In this document: positions 1-10,979 of the stretch, piece by piece
How the letters are laid out: the number at the start of each line of letters is the position of its first letter
Position numbering within the stretch: the stretch's first letter is position 1
DNA from: Armatimonadota bacterium
Lineage (GTDB): Bacteria; Armatimonadota; UBA10988
Length of the DNA stretch: 63,519 nucleotides
Direction: 5' to 3'
NCBI GenBank assembly: GCA_016235455.1
Contig: JACRKZ010000049.1
Span: 1-63,519 of the forward strand
Notes under the pieces: generated by a model
Seen by the model: only the letters and a program-made list of their open reading frames with translations
The model's database searches: none
What the model was told of the DNA's origin: nothing
Made by a program: the position numbers and the translations under genes

Positions 1-39
1 GCGGGTCAGCCACACTGAGGACACTGGGGGCTCCGAGCC

Positions 40-461
40 ATGAGCCTGGACTGGGCCAGGCTGTGCGCTGTCGGCGGCAGTGCCATGCCGCCTTCGAGGC
101 GGTCTGCTGCCAACTTGCTCTCCACGAGAGAGCACTGGTCGGTGATCCAGTCACTGCGGCCTACCATCGAGTTGGCGCGCCGGACGGTGGTCTCGGACGC
201 TACTGGCATTTCGATGACGGCGCGGAGTGGAGCTGGCAGGCCAAGCTGTTCGAGGGCGAAGGGGCACCCACGGAGGTGCAGTCGGGGCAGCTTGACCACT
301 CCGTCAGCCGTGCGCTTGCCACGCACCCGAACCTGACTCGTTGCCACGTCTGCATGCCCCTTGGCCTTCAGGATCCGCTGGTGGTCCGGGTAGACGCCTT
401 GCCGTTCTCCTCGCTGATATCGGCGCAGGACACCAGTTGGCAGTTGTCCAGCGTCTGGTAG
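40..461 (+). pseudogene. Frameshifted, truncated remnant of an Mrr-like (PD-(D/E)xK, QxK) nuclease N-terminal domain of the type found on STAND/AVAST-like ATPases
   Basis: ATG at 40 gives MSLDWARLCAVGGS. A frame change near 80 continues as HAAFEAVCCQLA...GAPDGGLGRYW...EWSWQAKLF...QLDHSVSRALATHPNL, then stops at 461 with no ATPase domain. Confidence 0.55.
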
Positions 462-612
462 GCGATGGCGTGCTGATAGGCCATGGCATGGCCGATGCGG
501 TCGGATCATTCCTCCTTCTTACTGGTGCCGAGGACGGCTACGCGCAGCTTGTCGGGTGTTGTTGCGCTCTTCGTGGCGCTGGTTTGGGCCAGGGGGTGCG
601 CTCTCCCGCGGC

Positions 613-3600
613 TCAGTCCGATTCGGCCGGCTCGAGCGACTCGCGCACCTTGCCCAGCAGCGCAGCGCGGCTGAACGGCTTTTGGAGGAAGTGCACGCCG
701 TCCTCCAACACGCCGTGCCGGGCGATGACGTCCGCGGTGTAGCCCGACATGAAGATCACCGCCAACTCGGGGTTGAGCGCCACCATCAGCTCGGCGAGTT
801 CGCGGCCGCTCATCTCGGGCATGATGACGTCGGTGATGAGCAGGTCGACCGCGCCGCCGCAGGCGTGCGCCAAGCGCAGGGCTTCGTTGGGCGAACCGGC
901 GGCCAGCACCTGGTAGCCGGCCGCGGTGAGAATGCGACGGCTGACGCGCAGGATGGCGCTCTCGTCTTCGACGAGCAGAATGGTGCCCGTGCCCGGACAC
1001 GGCGCTTCGACCACCAGGTCGTCGCCGTCCGGCTCCTCATCCGCTGCCAGCGCGCGCCACCGCGGCAGGAGCAGGCGGAAGGTGGTGCCGCGGCCCAACT
1101 CGCTGGTCACATCGATGTGGCCGTCGTTCTGCTTGACCACGCCATAGACCATGGCCAGCCCCAGGCCGGTGCCCTCGCCGACTCCCTTGGTGGTGAAGAA
1201 CGGCTCGAAGGCGTTGGCCAGCGTGGACGAGTCCATGCCGCGGCCGGTATCGGTTACGCTGACCTGGACGTAGTCGCCGTCGGCCACATCCTCGGGCGCG
1301 GGCTCGTGGTCTGGCCCGAAGGTGACATTGCAGGTGCCGATGACCACCGAGCCGCCATCGTCGATGGCGTCGCGGCCGTTGACGCACAGGTTGGCGATGA
1401 CCTGGTAGAACTGGGCCGGGTCGATGCGCACCGGCCAGAGGGGCTCACCGGGGCGGAACAGCAGTTGGATGTCCTCGCCGATCAGCCGACGCAGCATGTT
1501 GGTGCTGCCGCGCACTTCGTCGTTGATGTCGACCACGCGTGGCGCCACGGCCTGGCGGCGCGCAAAGGCCAGCAACTGCCGCGTCAGTTCCGCCGAACGT
1601 TGCGCCGCGGTCTGCATCTCGAGCAGGTCGTCATGCAGCTGGTCGCCCTCGGGCACCTGATCGATCGCCAACTCCACGTGGCCGAGAATGACGCTGAGCA
1701 TGTTGTTGAAGTCGTGGGCGACGCCGCCCGCCAATCGGCCGACCGCCTCCATCTTTTGGGCCTGGATGAGCTGCGCTTCGAGGCGCTCGCGCTCCAGTTC
1801 GGCCCGCTTGCGTTCGATCAGGTCCCAGGTGACGTCGGCCAGGTAGACGGCCGCCTCGACATCGTCGGCGGTGTAGGGCACGGGCTTGTTGCCGACGCCG
1901 AGCACCGCCACGACACGATTGTCGCGCAGGATGGGCACAACCAGTTCGCGCAGCACCTCGGCATGGCCGTCGGGCAGACCACGGCGGTTGGGCACCGACG
2001 CGTAGTCGTTGTGGACCACCACCTGCCGCTCGCGGATGGCGTCGGCCCAGACGCCGGCCGCCGTCACCGCATAGTGCGCGCCCTTGCCCGCGGCGTGGCA
2101 GAAGTCGCGCTCGGTGGCGGTCGACCACATCTGGAGCGTCAGGTTCTTCTGGTCGCTGTCGACGAAGTGGTAGAAGCCGATAGGGCTGTCGAGGATGTCG
2201 CCGACGTTGTCCAGCGTGAAGCGCAGGACATCGTCGAGGCTGCGCTCGGCCGGGAACGAGACGAGGTCGAGCCGCAGACGCAGCGCCTCCTCGGCGCGTC
2301 GGCGCGCGGTCGTATCCTGGATCGCGCCGACCACCAGCGCCTGGCCATGGTCGCCTTCGCTGCGGCAGCCGATCACGTGGACGTGCCGCTTGGCGCCTGT
2401 GGCGGTCATCAGGTCCAGCTCCATGTCGAACGGTCGGCCGCCGCGCCGTGTGCGCTGGAAGGCACGGCCGAGCCGGCGTTGGCTGTCGGGGGTGTAGAAG
2501 GCCAGTGCCTCTTCCGCCGCGGGCGGCTCGCCCTCGGCCAGCTCGTGGATGCGGAAGGTTTCGCTCGTCCAAACCATCTGGCGCGAGTCCAGGTCGACCG
2601 ACCAGCCGCCCACATGGGCCAGTTCGCCGGTGCGCGCCAGCAGTACCTCGCGGTCGCGCAGCGCCTGTTCGGCCGCGCGCCGCTCGAGTTCGCCGGCCGC
2701 GCGGATGGCGACCAGCTTGAGGACCGCTTCGGCCGCGGTCCCGTGCCCGCCGGGCTCGCGCGAGATCACCGCGATGAGGCCGATCGCCCGGCCATCGGCC
2801 GACCAGAGTACGCAGCCCGCGTAGCTCTCGGCGCCCATCTCCCGCAGGACGACATCCTCGGGGAACAGATGACTCACGCCTTGGGCGAACCAGCAGAAGC
2901 CCTCTTGGGCCACCTGGCCACAAGGCGTGTCGGCCAGCGCGTAGGTGACGTTGTCCTCGAACGCGCCGTCATGCCACACCGCCACGGTGCGTGCCGAGAG
3001 GCCGTCGCCCACCAACTGGTCGATGCACACATAGCAGGCATCGAGCTCGGTGGCCAGGTACTCGGCCAGGTCCGCGAAGAAGTCGCTACCGGCCGCGCCG
3101 CACTCGATCAGGAAGAGCTGCGTCTTGTCCATCAGCCGGCGCTGGGTGATGTCGGTGGCGATGCTGAGCACCGCCGGCTCCGCACCCCATTGCACGTGCT
3201 TTGCCACCAATTCGAGCGGCACCAGGGAGCCGTCGCCTCGCCGGTGCTCGACCTCGAAAGTGGCGCTGCCGCGCTCCTCGAGCAGGGCCGCCCGCACCGG
3301 CGCCAGCGACCGGGTGGTGGGCGCCTGCAGGTCGGCGATGTTCAGGTCCGCGAACTCTGCCAGAGCATAGCCATGCATCCGCGCCGCCTCGTGGTTGGCG
3401 TAGACGATCCGGCCGGTCAGGTCGTTGACAAAGACGGCGTTGGGCGCGGCGTCGAGCAGGGCCGCCATCTGGCGCGTCGTCTGCTCGGCCTGGCGCTGGG
3501 CGGTGATGTCGCGCATCACGGTCAGCACCGACACCACTTGGCCCTGGCCGTCGAACTCGGGCACCAGCCGCCAGTTGAATGTGCCGCGTCCGGCAGGCAG

Positions 3601-5760
3601 GTCCAGGTCGAACTCGGTCTCGTGGGGCTCGGCCGAATCGAACACACGGCGCACGGCCGCATCCCAGGTGTCGCACAGCGCCGACGGGAACCCCAGGTCG
3701 CGGTGGGTCTTGCCGTTGACCTGCTCCTGGCTCAGGCCGACCAACTCGGCGACGATCGGGGACACAAACAGGTGCCGCCCCTCGCGGTCGTGCCGCTCGA
3801 CGATGTCGGGCAGCCCCTCGATGAGCGCGCGATGCGTGGACTCGCTGGCGCGCATGGCGTCGTTGGCGCGCGCGCGCTCCAGCGACAGCGCGGCCAACTC
3901 GGCCAGCGCGCTGACCACCGCAGCATCGCCATCGTCGTAGTCGGTCGGCTTGTTGGCGACGACAATGATGCCTTGTGCGCCACCCTCGGTGGCCATCGGC
4001 GCGATGAGCACACGGGCTAGCGGCATATGATCCGCTGGCAGGTTGGCCGCCCACTCGCTGGCGCCGAAGCCGTTGTCGTAGGCGGCGCGCTTCTCACGGT
4101 AGGCCAGCGCCCGCAGGCCGCGGATGGGCAGCGCCATCGAGCCACCCAGCATCGAGATCTCGCCGTCGGTGGCCAGCAGGATCAGCCGGTCCTCCTGCCC
4201 ATCGGTAGAGCGCAGTGACACGGCGCCGTCCGGCGAGCCGGTGACCTGGCGACACGCATCCAGCACGGCACGCACAGCGTCCTCGAACGAGGAGGAGTCG
4301 AGTGCGGCGCGCGAGGCCTGAGCCAGCGCACGCACATGGCGTTCGCGCCGCTGTGTCTGCTCCAGCGAGGACCGCAACGCCGATTCGGAGGCACGCTCGT
4401 CGCTCTGGTCGCGGAACACCAACACGACGCCCACCGTCACGCCGTCGGGCCCGACCACCGGCGCGCCACTGTCGGCGATGGGCCGCTCACTGCCGTCGCG
4501 AGCGATGAGCAGCGTGTGGTTGGCCAGGTTCACCACCAGCCCGTCGCGCAGGACCTTCCCGACCGGGCTCTCCACGTCGGCACGGGTCGTCTCGTTGATG
4601 ATTCGGAAGACCTCGTCCAAGGGACGGCCCCGCGATTCGCCGTCACTCCAGCCGGTCAGTTGCTCGGCCACGGGGTTGAGCAGCACCACCCGGCCCTGGT
4701 CGTCGGTCACGATGACGCCGTCACCAATGCCACGCAGCGTCGTTTCGTAGCGGACCTCGCCCGCCAGGCGCTCGGCTTCGGCGGCGAGCCGCTCGCGCTC
4801 GTGCTGAGCCACCATGCGTTGCTCGGCCCACACGCCGACGCACGCCACCAGCGCCATGGCCAGCACCATGACCGAGATGATGAGCAGCGAGCGCGCGTGC
4901 CACGCGGCAAAAGCTTCGGTCTGGTCCACCTTGGAGACCAGGTACCAGTTCGACCCAGGCACATGACGGGTGACGGCGACCACGGCGATGCCGGCGTAGT
5001 CCGGGCCATAGACCGGGCCCTCATAGCCGAGCACAGCCTTGACAGCAGGCACGTCGACCCGGGTCAGCGGCAGCCGCAGGGACAGCGCGCTCTTGGGTCC
5101 GCGGCGCGGATCGTTGAGGAAGAGGACGCTGTCACCCTCCTGCCTGACCAGCACGGTCTCCGCACTGCGCGAGGGCACCGGCCACGACTGCACCAGTTCG
5201 TTCAGGGAGGTGTCCGCGGCCACGGTGGCGACGATGGTGTAGCCCTGGGCTGGCGCCTTGAGCGGCACAGCGAGATGGAGGGTGGGTTTGCCGCTCAGCG
5301 GATTGACATGCAGATCGCTGAGCACGGGCGACCCGCTGGCCGTCGCGGCTTGAATCAGCGGCCAATCCTCGGCGGGCAATGCTGCGGGCGACGCCGCGCT
5401 GGACAGGCGCGAATGGCCGAGCGAGTCGATGAGGGTCACCGTCTGGTAGTGGTACGAGGTGCACAGACCGCCGAACAGGTCGCGCAGCGCCTGTTGGTCG
5501 GAGGCGCTGCCGCGCCGCAACCAGCGGGCGATCCCCTCGGCCAGGAACGCATCGGCGCGCAACACGGCGCCATCGCCGAGGCGTTCAGCGCGGTAGGCGG
5601 CAATCTGGTCGGCCTTGAGCCGGACCACGGTGGCCAGGTCGTCTTCGACCATCGAGCGCAGCATGCGACCCTGGGCGCGGTGGAACCAGATGCCGGCCGC
5701 CGCGACCAGAAGGACCACCAGCGATGTCAACACCCGGACCCGAACCGCACCTTTGCGCAT
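613..5760 (-). CDS. Hybrid sensor histidine kinase/response regulator (TM, Cache-like domain, TM, multiple PAS and GAF, HisKA, HATPase, REC)
   Basis: H-box [24 protein letters not shown]-boxes DTGRGM and [15 protein letters not shown], and REC domain ILLVEDE...[10 protein letters not shown]...FLQKPF. Start moved to the ATG at 5760, just before the first TM helix. Confidence 0.93.
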   Translation of the reverse strand: MRKGAVRVRVLTSLVVLLVAAAGIWFHRAQGRMLRSMVEDDLATVVRLKADQIAAYRAERLGDGAVLRADAFLAEGIARWLRRGSASDQQALRDLFGGLCTSYHYQTVTLIDSLGHSRLSSAASPAALPAEDWPLIQAATASGSPVLSDLHVNPLSGKPTLHLAVPLKAPAQGYTIVATVAADTSLNELVQSWPVPSRSAETVLVRQEGDSVLFLNDPRRGPKSALSLRLPLTRVDVPAVKAVLGYEGPVYGPDYAGIAVVAVTRHVPGSNWYLVSKVDQTEAFAAWHARSLLIISVMVLAMALVACVGVWAEQRMVAQHERERLAAEAERLAGEVRYETTLRGIGDGVIVTDDQGRVVLLNPVAEQLTGWSDGESRGRPLDEVFRIINETTRADVESPVGKVLRDGLVVNLANHTLLIARDGSERPIADSGAPVVGPDGVTVGVVLVFRDQSDERASESALRSSLEQTQRRERHVRALAQASRAALDSSSFEDAVRAVLDACRQVTGSPDGAVSLRSTDGQEDRLILLATDGEISMLGGSMALPIRGLRALAYREKRAAYDNGFGASEWAANLPADHMPLARVLIAPMATEGGAQGIIVVANKPTDYDDGDAAVVSALAELAALSLERARANDAMRASESTHRALIEGLPDIVERHDREGRHLFVSPIVAELVGLSQEQVNGKTHRDLGFPSALCDTWDAAVRRVFDSAEPHETEFDLDLPAGRGTFNWRLVPEFDGQGQVVSVLTVMRDITAQRQAEQTTRQMAALLDAAPNAVFVNDLTGRIVYANHEAARMHGYALAEFADLNIADLQAPTTRSLAPVRAALLEERGSATFEVEHRRGDGSLVPLELVAKHVQWGAEPAVLSIATDITQRRLMDKTQLFLIECGAAGSDFFADLAEYLATELDACYVCIDQLVGDGLSARTVAVWHDGAFEDNVTYALADTPCGQVAQEGFCWFAQGVSHLFPEDVVLREMGAESYAGCVLWSADGRAIGLIAVISREPGGHGTAAEAVLKLVAIRAAGELERRAAEQALRDREVLLARTGELAHVGGWSVDLDSRQMVWTSETFRIHELAEGEPPAAEEALAFYTPDSQRRLGRAFQRTRRGGRPFDMELDLMTATGAKRHVHVIGCRSEGDHGQALVVGAIQDTTARRRAEEALRLRLDLVSFPAERSLDDVLRFTLDNVGDILDSPIGFYHFVDSDQKNLTLQMWSTATERDFCHAAGKGAHYAVTAAGVWADAIRERQVVVHNDYASVPNRRGLPDGHAEVLRELVVPILRDNRVVAVLGVGNKPVPYTADDVEAAVYLADVTWDLIERKRAELERERLEAQLIQAQKMEAVGRLAGGVAHDFNNMLSVILGHVELAIDQVPEGDQLHDDLLEMQTAAQRSAELTRQLLAFARRQAVAPRVVDINDEVRGSTNMLRRLIGEDIQLLFRPGEPLWPVRIDPAQFYQVIANLCVNGRDAIDDGGSVVIGTCNVTFGPDHEPAPEDVADGDYVQVSVTDTGRGMDSSTLANAFEPFFTTKGVGEGTGLGLAMVYGVVKQNDGHIDVTSELGRGTTFRLLLPRWRALAADEEPDGDDLVVEAPCPGTGTILLVEDESAILRVSRRILTAAGYQVLAAGSPNEALRLAHACGGAVDLLITDVIMPEMSGRELAELMVALNPELAVIFMSGYTADVIARHGVLEDGVHFLQKPFSRAALLGKVRESLEPAESD

Positions 5761-5896
5761 GAGCCGCCCCGGACCGACTACGTGAAAGAGGAAGATCGCA
5801 CCTTCAGATGGTCCAAGCGTAGCACGCGGCGATGCTGCCCAGGGCAGCATCGCCGCGTCGCTGCGTCACATACGGTTCACAGCAGGGGACCGGCCG

Positions 5897-6892
5897 TCAG
5901 GCCAGGTGCGGATTGACCTTGCCCCAGTCGGCCAGCGGCGGCAGAACGCCCATGGCGATGACCTCATCGCGCAGCTTGGCCACATGCTGGTAGCTGGCGG
6001 TCAGCGCCGCCATGTCCTCGTCGTCGCCGCTGGGCATCTCGTAGTCGAGCCCGCGCGCGCCAAACGACGTCGGCATGGCCATCATGACCTGCTGGAACGG
6101 GTCGGTGTGGCAGTACACGCCGCACGGCAGGCCATAGCGCTCGCCCAGGTAGCCGCGCAGCATGGCCACGCTCTGCTGCGCCGGGCTCTGGAACGAACTG
6201 CGCCCGCGCAACTTGATGATCCGCGCGCCGCCCGTGCGCACCTTCTCCTTGATCGCCGCCCAGTCGTCGGCCGACAGCCGGCCGGTATCGAGCAGACGCG
6301 TCAGCGGCTCGCCGTCGATGCTGATGCTGCCCTTGAACACAGCCATCTGCTCGCCGTGGCCGCCATACGTCGCACAGCCGGTGACCTGGTCGGGCAACAC
6401 GCCAAACTGCTGCGCCAGCGCGCTCTGCAGGCGCGTGGAGTCCAGCGCGGCCAGCGTGCTGATGCGGCCCGGCTCCAGACCGGACCAGACCAGCGTGGTC
6501 AGGCCGGTGATGTCCGCCGGATTGAAGATGACCACGCCGAACTTGAGTTCAGGCGCGTATTTGGCGATGTCCTGGCCCAAGCCCTTGGCGATCTCGCAGT
6601 TGCCCTTGAGCAGGTCTTCGCGAGTCATGCCTTCCTTGCGCGGCGCGCCGCCGGAGCTGACCAGGTACTTGGCGCCCGCCAGCACCTCGGCCGGGTCGGT
6701 CGACCAGGTCAGCTTGACGTTGGGGAATCCGCAGTGCCAGATCTCCTCAGCCGTGCCTTCCAAGCCAGCGGCAAAGGGATCGTACAGGGCGATCTGATTG
6801 GCGGTGCCGGTGGACAGCAGCGTCTGCGCCAGATTCGAGCCGATGGCGCCGGCAGCCCCCATGATCGCAACTTTGTCACTGGTCAAGTACAT
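5897..6892 (-). CDS. mdh: Malate dehydrogenase
   Basis: Rossmann motif GAAGAIGS, substrate loop GGAPRKEGMTREDLLKGN, NPAD, LDSTR and catalytic GGHGE. Confidence 0.9.
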   Translation of the reverse strand: MYLTSDKVAIMGAAGAIGSNLAQTLLSTGTANQIALYDPFAAGLEGTAEEIWHCGFPNVKLTWSTDPAEVLAGAKYLVSSGGAPRKEGMTREDLLKGNCEIAKGLGQDIAKYAPELKFGVVIFNPADITGLTTLVWSGLEPGRISTLAALDSTRLQSALAQQFGVLPDQVTGCATYGGHGEQMAVFKGSISIDGEPLTRLLDTGRLSADDWAAIKEKVRTGGARIIKLRGRSSFQSPAQQSVAMLRGYLGERYGLPCGVYCHTDPFQQVMMAMPTSFGARGLDYEMPSGDDEDMAALTASYQHVAKLRDEVIAMGVLPPLADWGKVNPHLA

Positions 6893-7008
6893 CTACCCGT
6901 GCTCCTTTTGGTTGATCGGCATAGGTGCCGCGGCGGCAGCGTTGCCGCTGTGGGTAGACTGCCCCGAGATCCGGGAGTTGTCAACGTACGCGCGCGTACA
7001 ATAGTTGC

Positions 7009-7908
7009 CTAGGGATCGCCCAACCCACGGCGAATCGCATCGATCAACCCACCATGGTGGCGCCACTCGCCGCCGAACGTGTACAGGCCGCGCCAGGTCA
7101 GCAGCATGATGCGCGCCATCGGCGACAAGCCCCAGCCGGTCGAGGCGGAGGTGGTCGACACCACCAGATCCGACCACGCCACGGCGGGCGCACCGTCCGC
7201 ATCGCAGCCCCAGCGCTCCGCGGGGTCGGTACTTCCGGGGTCGTGCACGTAGGCCCACACATAGCTGCTCCAGGGCACACGCCAGCGCAGCGCCAAGCTC
7301 TGCAGGCGCAGACCTTGGCTGTCGACCCAGACCGTGTGCGCGACGAACGGCGTGACCAGGGCCAGGGCCACGCTCACCGCCAGGCCCCAGGGGACGATCA
7401 GGTCGTCGGGCAAGGCGTACCACAGCAGCAACCAGCACCCGAGGAGCTTGCCGGCCAGCTCCAATGCGGGGTGCGCCCGGCGCCGAAACACCTCGACCGC
7501 CTGACCGCCGGTGTCGACCGAGGTCGCCGCGGGCGCGTCTGCCGCGGGCAAGGCGCCCACGGGTTGGCCAGGCAGGATGGCCGCCAGCCGGGCCAGCGTA
7601 CCCTCTGGCGCCCACACGCCGCGGCACTTGCCGCACACGCGCATGCGCACGTCCCGGGCCTGCCGCAGACTGTGCCAGGCCAGCCGCTCGGCGCAGCGCG
7701 GGCAGCAGCCGCTGCCCAGGCTGGCGCGGTCGGCGTCGGGCAGGTAGGCCCGCTCCAGGTCGGCCAACGCGACCGCCGTGGGCATCAGGCGGGCCAGCTC
7801 GCCGTCGTCGAACCAGACGCCGCCGCACGCGTGGCAGCCATCGACTCGCTCGCCGCCCGCCAGGCTCGTCAGCAGCGGCCGGCCACACTCCGGGCAATCA
7901 AGGCGCAT
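7009..7908 (-). CDS. Membrane protein with two tandem TFIIB-type zinc ribbons
   Basis: CPEC...CHACGGVWFDDGEL and CPRC...CGKCRGVWAPEGTL, followed by two hydrophobic helices. Start set at ATG 7908. Confidence 0.7.
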   Translation of the reverse strand: MRLDCPECGRPLLTSLAGGERVDGCHACGGVWFDDGELARLMPTAVALADLERAYLPDADRASLGSGCCPRCAERLAWHSLRQARDVRMRVCGKCRGVWAPEGTLARLAAILPGQPVGALPAADAPAATSVDTGGQAVEVFRRRAHPALELAGKLLGCWLLLWYALPDDLIVPWGLAVSVALALVTPFVAHTVWVDSQGLRLQSLALRWRVPWSSYVWAYVHDPGSTDPAERWGCDADGAPAVAWSDLVVSTTSASTGWGLSPMARIMLLTWRGLYTFGGEWRHHGGLIDAIRRGLGDP

Positions 7909-8014
7909 CGTCGTCCCTTTGCAGCCCAGATCGTTGGATCTGGCGCAGATGGTTCCTGCTTCGCCTTGTCGCTGCGTCAGACCCGTATTATGCTTCCCTA
8001 CGAGGAAACGCCTC

Positions 8015-8824
8015 ATGTCGAGCACCGACCCCGGATTCCTTCGCGACCATCAGTACAAGGACTCCAGCAACCTCCAGGCGCGCATCGACCTCCACGGTCG
8101 GTACAGCACCAATCCGCAGCCGTTCTGGACCTGGGCCTTCGACTTCCTCGACGTGCCCGCCGAGGCACAGATCCTCGAAGTGGGTTGTGGCACGGGTATG
8201 TTCTGGCAGGTCAACGCTGACCGCTTGCCGCCCGGCTGGCGCGTCACGCTGACCGACCTGTCGACCGGCATGCTGGGCTCGGCCCGCGCCAATCTGGCCA
8301 ATGTGCCGCAGGTGGTCGAGTGCCAGGTGGCCGACGTCCAGTTGCTGCCCTACCCCGACGCCTCGTTCGACGCCGTGCTGGCCAACTTCATGCTCTACCA
8401 CGTGCCCGACCGGCGCCAGGGCATCGCCGAGATCGCCCGGGTGTTGCGGCCCGGCGGCCTGCTCATCGCCGCCACCAATGGCAGCACGCATCTGCGCGAG
8501 ATCCGCGATCTGGAGCGCCGCTTCGGCATCGAGACGCTGTTTGGCGCCACCACCTCGGCCCAGGCCTTTGGACTGCAGAACGGCGCGGCGCAGTTGGAGG
8601 GGCTCTTCGACCACATCGCCTGCGAGCGGCACGAGAACCACCTGGCCGTGCCCAAGCCCGAGCCGGTCATCGCGCACATCCGCTCCAAGCTGGCCGACCG
8701 CGGCCGCGCCGCCGACCGGCTGGAGGTCGTGCGCGCCCACATTGCCAAACACATCGAGCAATATGGCGAGTTCCGCGTGACCAAGGCCTCGGGCCTGTTC
8801 GTCGCCCGGCGCAAGGAGTCGTGA
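8015..8824 (+). CDS. Class I SAM-dependent methyltransferase
   Basis: Motif I ILEVGCGTG, LPYPDASFDAVLANFMLYHV and RVLRPGG. Start at ATG 8015. Confidence 0.9.
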   Translation: MSSTDPGFLRDHQYKDSSNLQARIDLHGRYSTNPQPFWTWAFDFLDVPAEAQILEVGCGTGMFWQVNADRLPPGWRVTLTDLSTGMLGSARANLANVPQVVECQVADVQLLPYPDASFDAVLANFMLYHVPDRRQGIAEIARVLRPGGLLIAATNGSTHLREIRDLERRFGIETLFGATTSAQAFGLQNGAAQLEGLFDHIACERHENHLAVPKPEPVIAHIRSKLADRGRAADRLEVVRAHIAKHIEQYGEFRVTKASGLFVARRKES

Positions 8825-10905
8825 TGCGCGCGTTCTGCCTGCTGCTCCTGACCGCCGCCGCCGTCGGCGGCGCCGACGCGGCCGGCGCGGCGGAGGAGGC
8901 ACCCACGGTCATCGCGGCGGGCTTCGGCCAGGGCCTGACCGGCTGGCAGCAGCGCGGCGAGGCCAGCTTCGCGCTGGATCCGGCCCAGCATCACGACGGC
9001 GCGCAGTCGCTGCGCATCACCGTGGCGCCCGGCGTCGAGCTCAAGTGGCAACAGGCAGCCTACCTGTTCGGCCCCGTGGCCCTGGGCGACCGCTTCGAGG
9101 TCGGCTTCTGGGTGCGCAGCGAGGGCCTGACCGACGGCAGCGGCGCGTATGGCGCGCTTGAATTCGTGGACGAGAACGACGCCCGCCTGGGCATCGCGCA
9201 CTCCACGGTTGACCTGAGCAACGGCCGCACCGGCTGGCAGTACCTGCAGATCGAAGGCAAGGCGCCCGAGCGCACCGCCAAGGCGCGGGTCAGCCTGGTG
9301 CTCAACAGCCATGGCACCGCCTGGTTCGACCAGGTGGCCATCAAGCCCCTGGGCAAGGCCGCGCCGTGGCCCGACAAGGGCGCCGCCGAGCGCCTGATCA
9401 CCGTCACCGACCAGGTCACGCAGCCGCGCTTCGGCGGCGTGGGCTTCCATGTCTTCGACCACGTCTTCCCGGCCACCAAGACCGAGCTCGACGAGATCAT
9501 CATCAAGCGCTGGCGCGAAGTGCGGCCGTCGTTCGCGCGGATGAACGACGCTGTCGACTGGTCGCCTGAGCTCAAGCAGCAGGTCGCCCGGTGGATGCGC
9601 GAGTTCCGGCGCACCGACACCGAGCTGTACCTGGCCACCTGGGGCCCCAAGGACGTGCCCGCGGGCGCCGAGCGGCGCGCCTACGCCGAGCAGCGCGCGG
9701 CCGACCTGGCGTGGTTCGTCGGGCAGGGCTGCGACAACATCCGCTACTACTGCCTGACCAACGAGCTGTCCATGGGCCAGTGGGGCGCGCTCAAGGGCGA
9801 CCTGCCCAAGTTCAAGGATTACCACCAGGAGCTGTATAACGCCTTCGCGAGACGCGGGCTGAAGGTCGGGCTGCTGGCCACCGATGCCTCGCCTGTGGGC
9901 TGGTGGGACACCATCGAGTGGGCCACGAAGAACATGGACGACATCACCGCCATCTACGGCGGGCACGAGTACTTCAACACCTACCCGCCCGAGGATGAGA
10001 CCTTCTACGAGTGGTTCGCCGGCAAGCTGCAGTGGGCCGTCGGCCTGGCGCGCGGTCGGGGCAAGGAGTTCGTGCTGGGCGAGTTCGGCAGCAAGCAGGA
10101 CGGCCGTACGGTCAACGGTGTGAAACTCGACAACTGCGTCTACTTCGGCACGCCGAGCGAGAAGCTGCTGGCCCTGCAACTGGGTGAGACGGTCATCGGC
10201 GCGCTCAACGCCGGCGTCTACAGCCTGGCCAACTGGACCTTCATGGACTTCCCTGACAGCTACTCGAAGACCTACACCAACAAGTGGGGCATGTTCAAGC
10301 GAGCCGGCGAAGAGCCCAACGTCGACTTCGCCACGCGGCCGCACTACTACGGTTACGGCCTGCTGAGCCGCTTCTTCCGCGGACCGGCCACGGTCTACCG
10401 CGTGACCACCGACGACCGCTGGCTGCGGGCGGGAGCCCTGGCCCAGGACGGCCAGCGAGCCTCCATCGTGGTGGTCAACCGCTACCACGCGGAGGTGCCA
10501 CTGCGCCTGACGCTGGGCAAGCTGCCCGCCGGCCGGCCGTGGCGCCGGTACGTCTATGACTCGGCCAACCCGCCACGCAGCGACTTCGGCGACCTGCAGG
10601 CGCCCAGCGGCACGGTCACCGCGCGCGACGGCGCGCTGGTCGACCGCGTCGGCGCCGGGCAGTTGGTGGTCTACACCACGGACTACGACGACACGCCGCC
10701 GGCCGCGCCGACGGGCTTGCGCGCCGAGGGCGCCCGGCTGAGCTGGCAGGCCAGCCCGGCACCTGATCTCTGCTACTACCGCGTCTACGCCGGAGACCAG
10801 CAGATCGGCTCGACCATCGCCACGGAGTTCGTCGACCGCCGGGCGAACCCGACAGGACCTTATCGGGTTCTGGCTGTCGATCAGTCGGGCAACGCGTCAC
10901 GCTAG
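8824..10905 (+). CDS. Secreted clan GH-A glycoside hydrolase with N-terminal CBM-like domain and C-terminal FN3-like domain
   Basis: Signal peptide MRAFCLLLLTAAAVGGADA, CBM4/9-like domain ending GTAWFDQV, acid/base TNE, nucleophile FVLGEFG, and DTPPAAPTGL...YRVLAVDQSGN. TGATG overlap with the upstream stop. Confidence 0.7.
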   Translation: MRAFCLLLLTAAAVGGADAAGAAEEAPTVIAAGFGQGLTGWQQRGEASFALDPAQHHDGAQSLRITVAPGVELKWQQAAYLFGPVALGDRFEVGFWVRSEGLTDGSGAYGALEFVDENDARLGIAHSTVDLSNGRTGWQYLQIEGKAPERTAKARVSLVLNSHGTAWFDQVAIKPLGKAAPWPDKGAAERLITVTDQVTQPRFGGVGFHVFDHVFPATKTELDEIIIKRWREVRPSFARMNDAVDWSPELKQQVARWMREFRRTDTELYLATWGPKDVPAGAERRAYAEQRAADLAWFVGQGCDNIRYYCLTNELSMGQWGALKGDLPKFKDYHQELYNAFARRGLKVGLLATDASPVGWWDTIEWATKNMDDITAIYGGHEYFNTYPPEDETFYEWFAGKLQWAVGLARGRGKEFVLGEFGSKQDGRTVNGVKLDNCVYFGTPSEKLLALQLGETVIGALNAGVYSLANWTFMDFPDSYSKTYTNKWGMFKRAGEEPNVDFATRPHYYGYGLLSRFFRGPATVYRVTTDDRWLRAGALAQDGQRASIVVVNRYHAEVPLRLTLGKLPAGRPWRRYVYDSANPPRSDFGDLQAPSGTVTARDGALVDRVGAGQLVVYTTDYDDTPPAAPTGLRAEGARLSWQASPAPDLCYYRVYAGDQQIGSTIATEFVDRRANPTGPYRVLAVDQSGNASR

Positions 10906-10979
10906 TCGCACGGGCAGTGTAGGAGCGGACCACCGTGGCCGCCCGCGCGCTGACACTACACGCATTGGTGAGGGAATCG

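Noticed and set aside
556-4020. 1154-aa plus-strand ORF, and similar long ORFs at 27744-31217, 49439-51658, 56179-58419 and 8395-10488
   Set aside because: These are antisense shadows of well-supported genes. High GC3 suppresses stop codons on the opposite strand, and the translations contain no family motifs.
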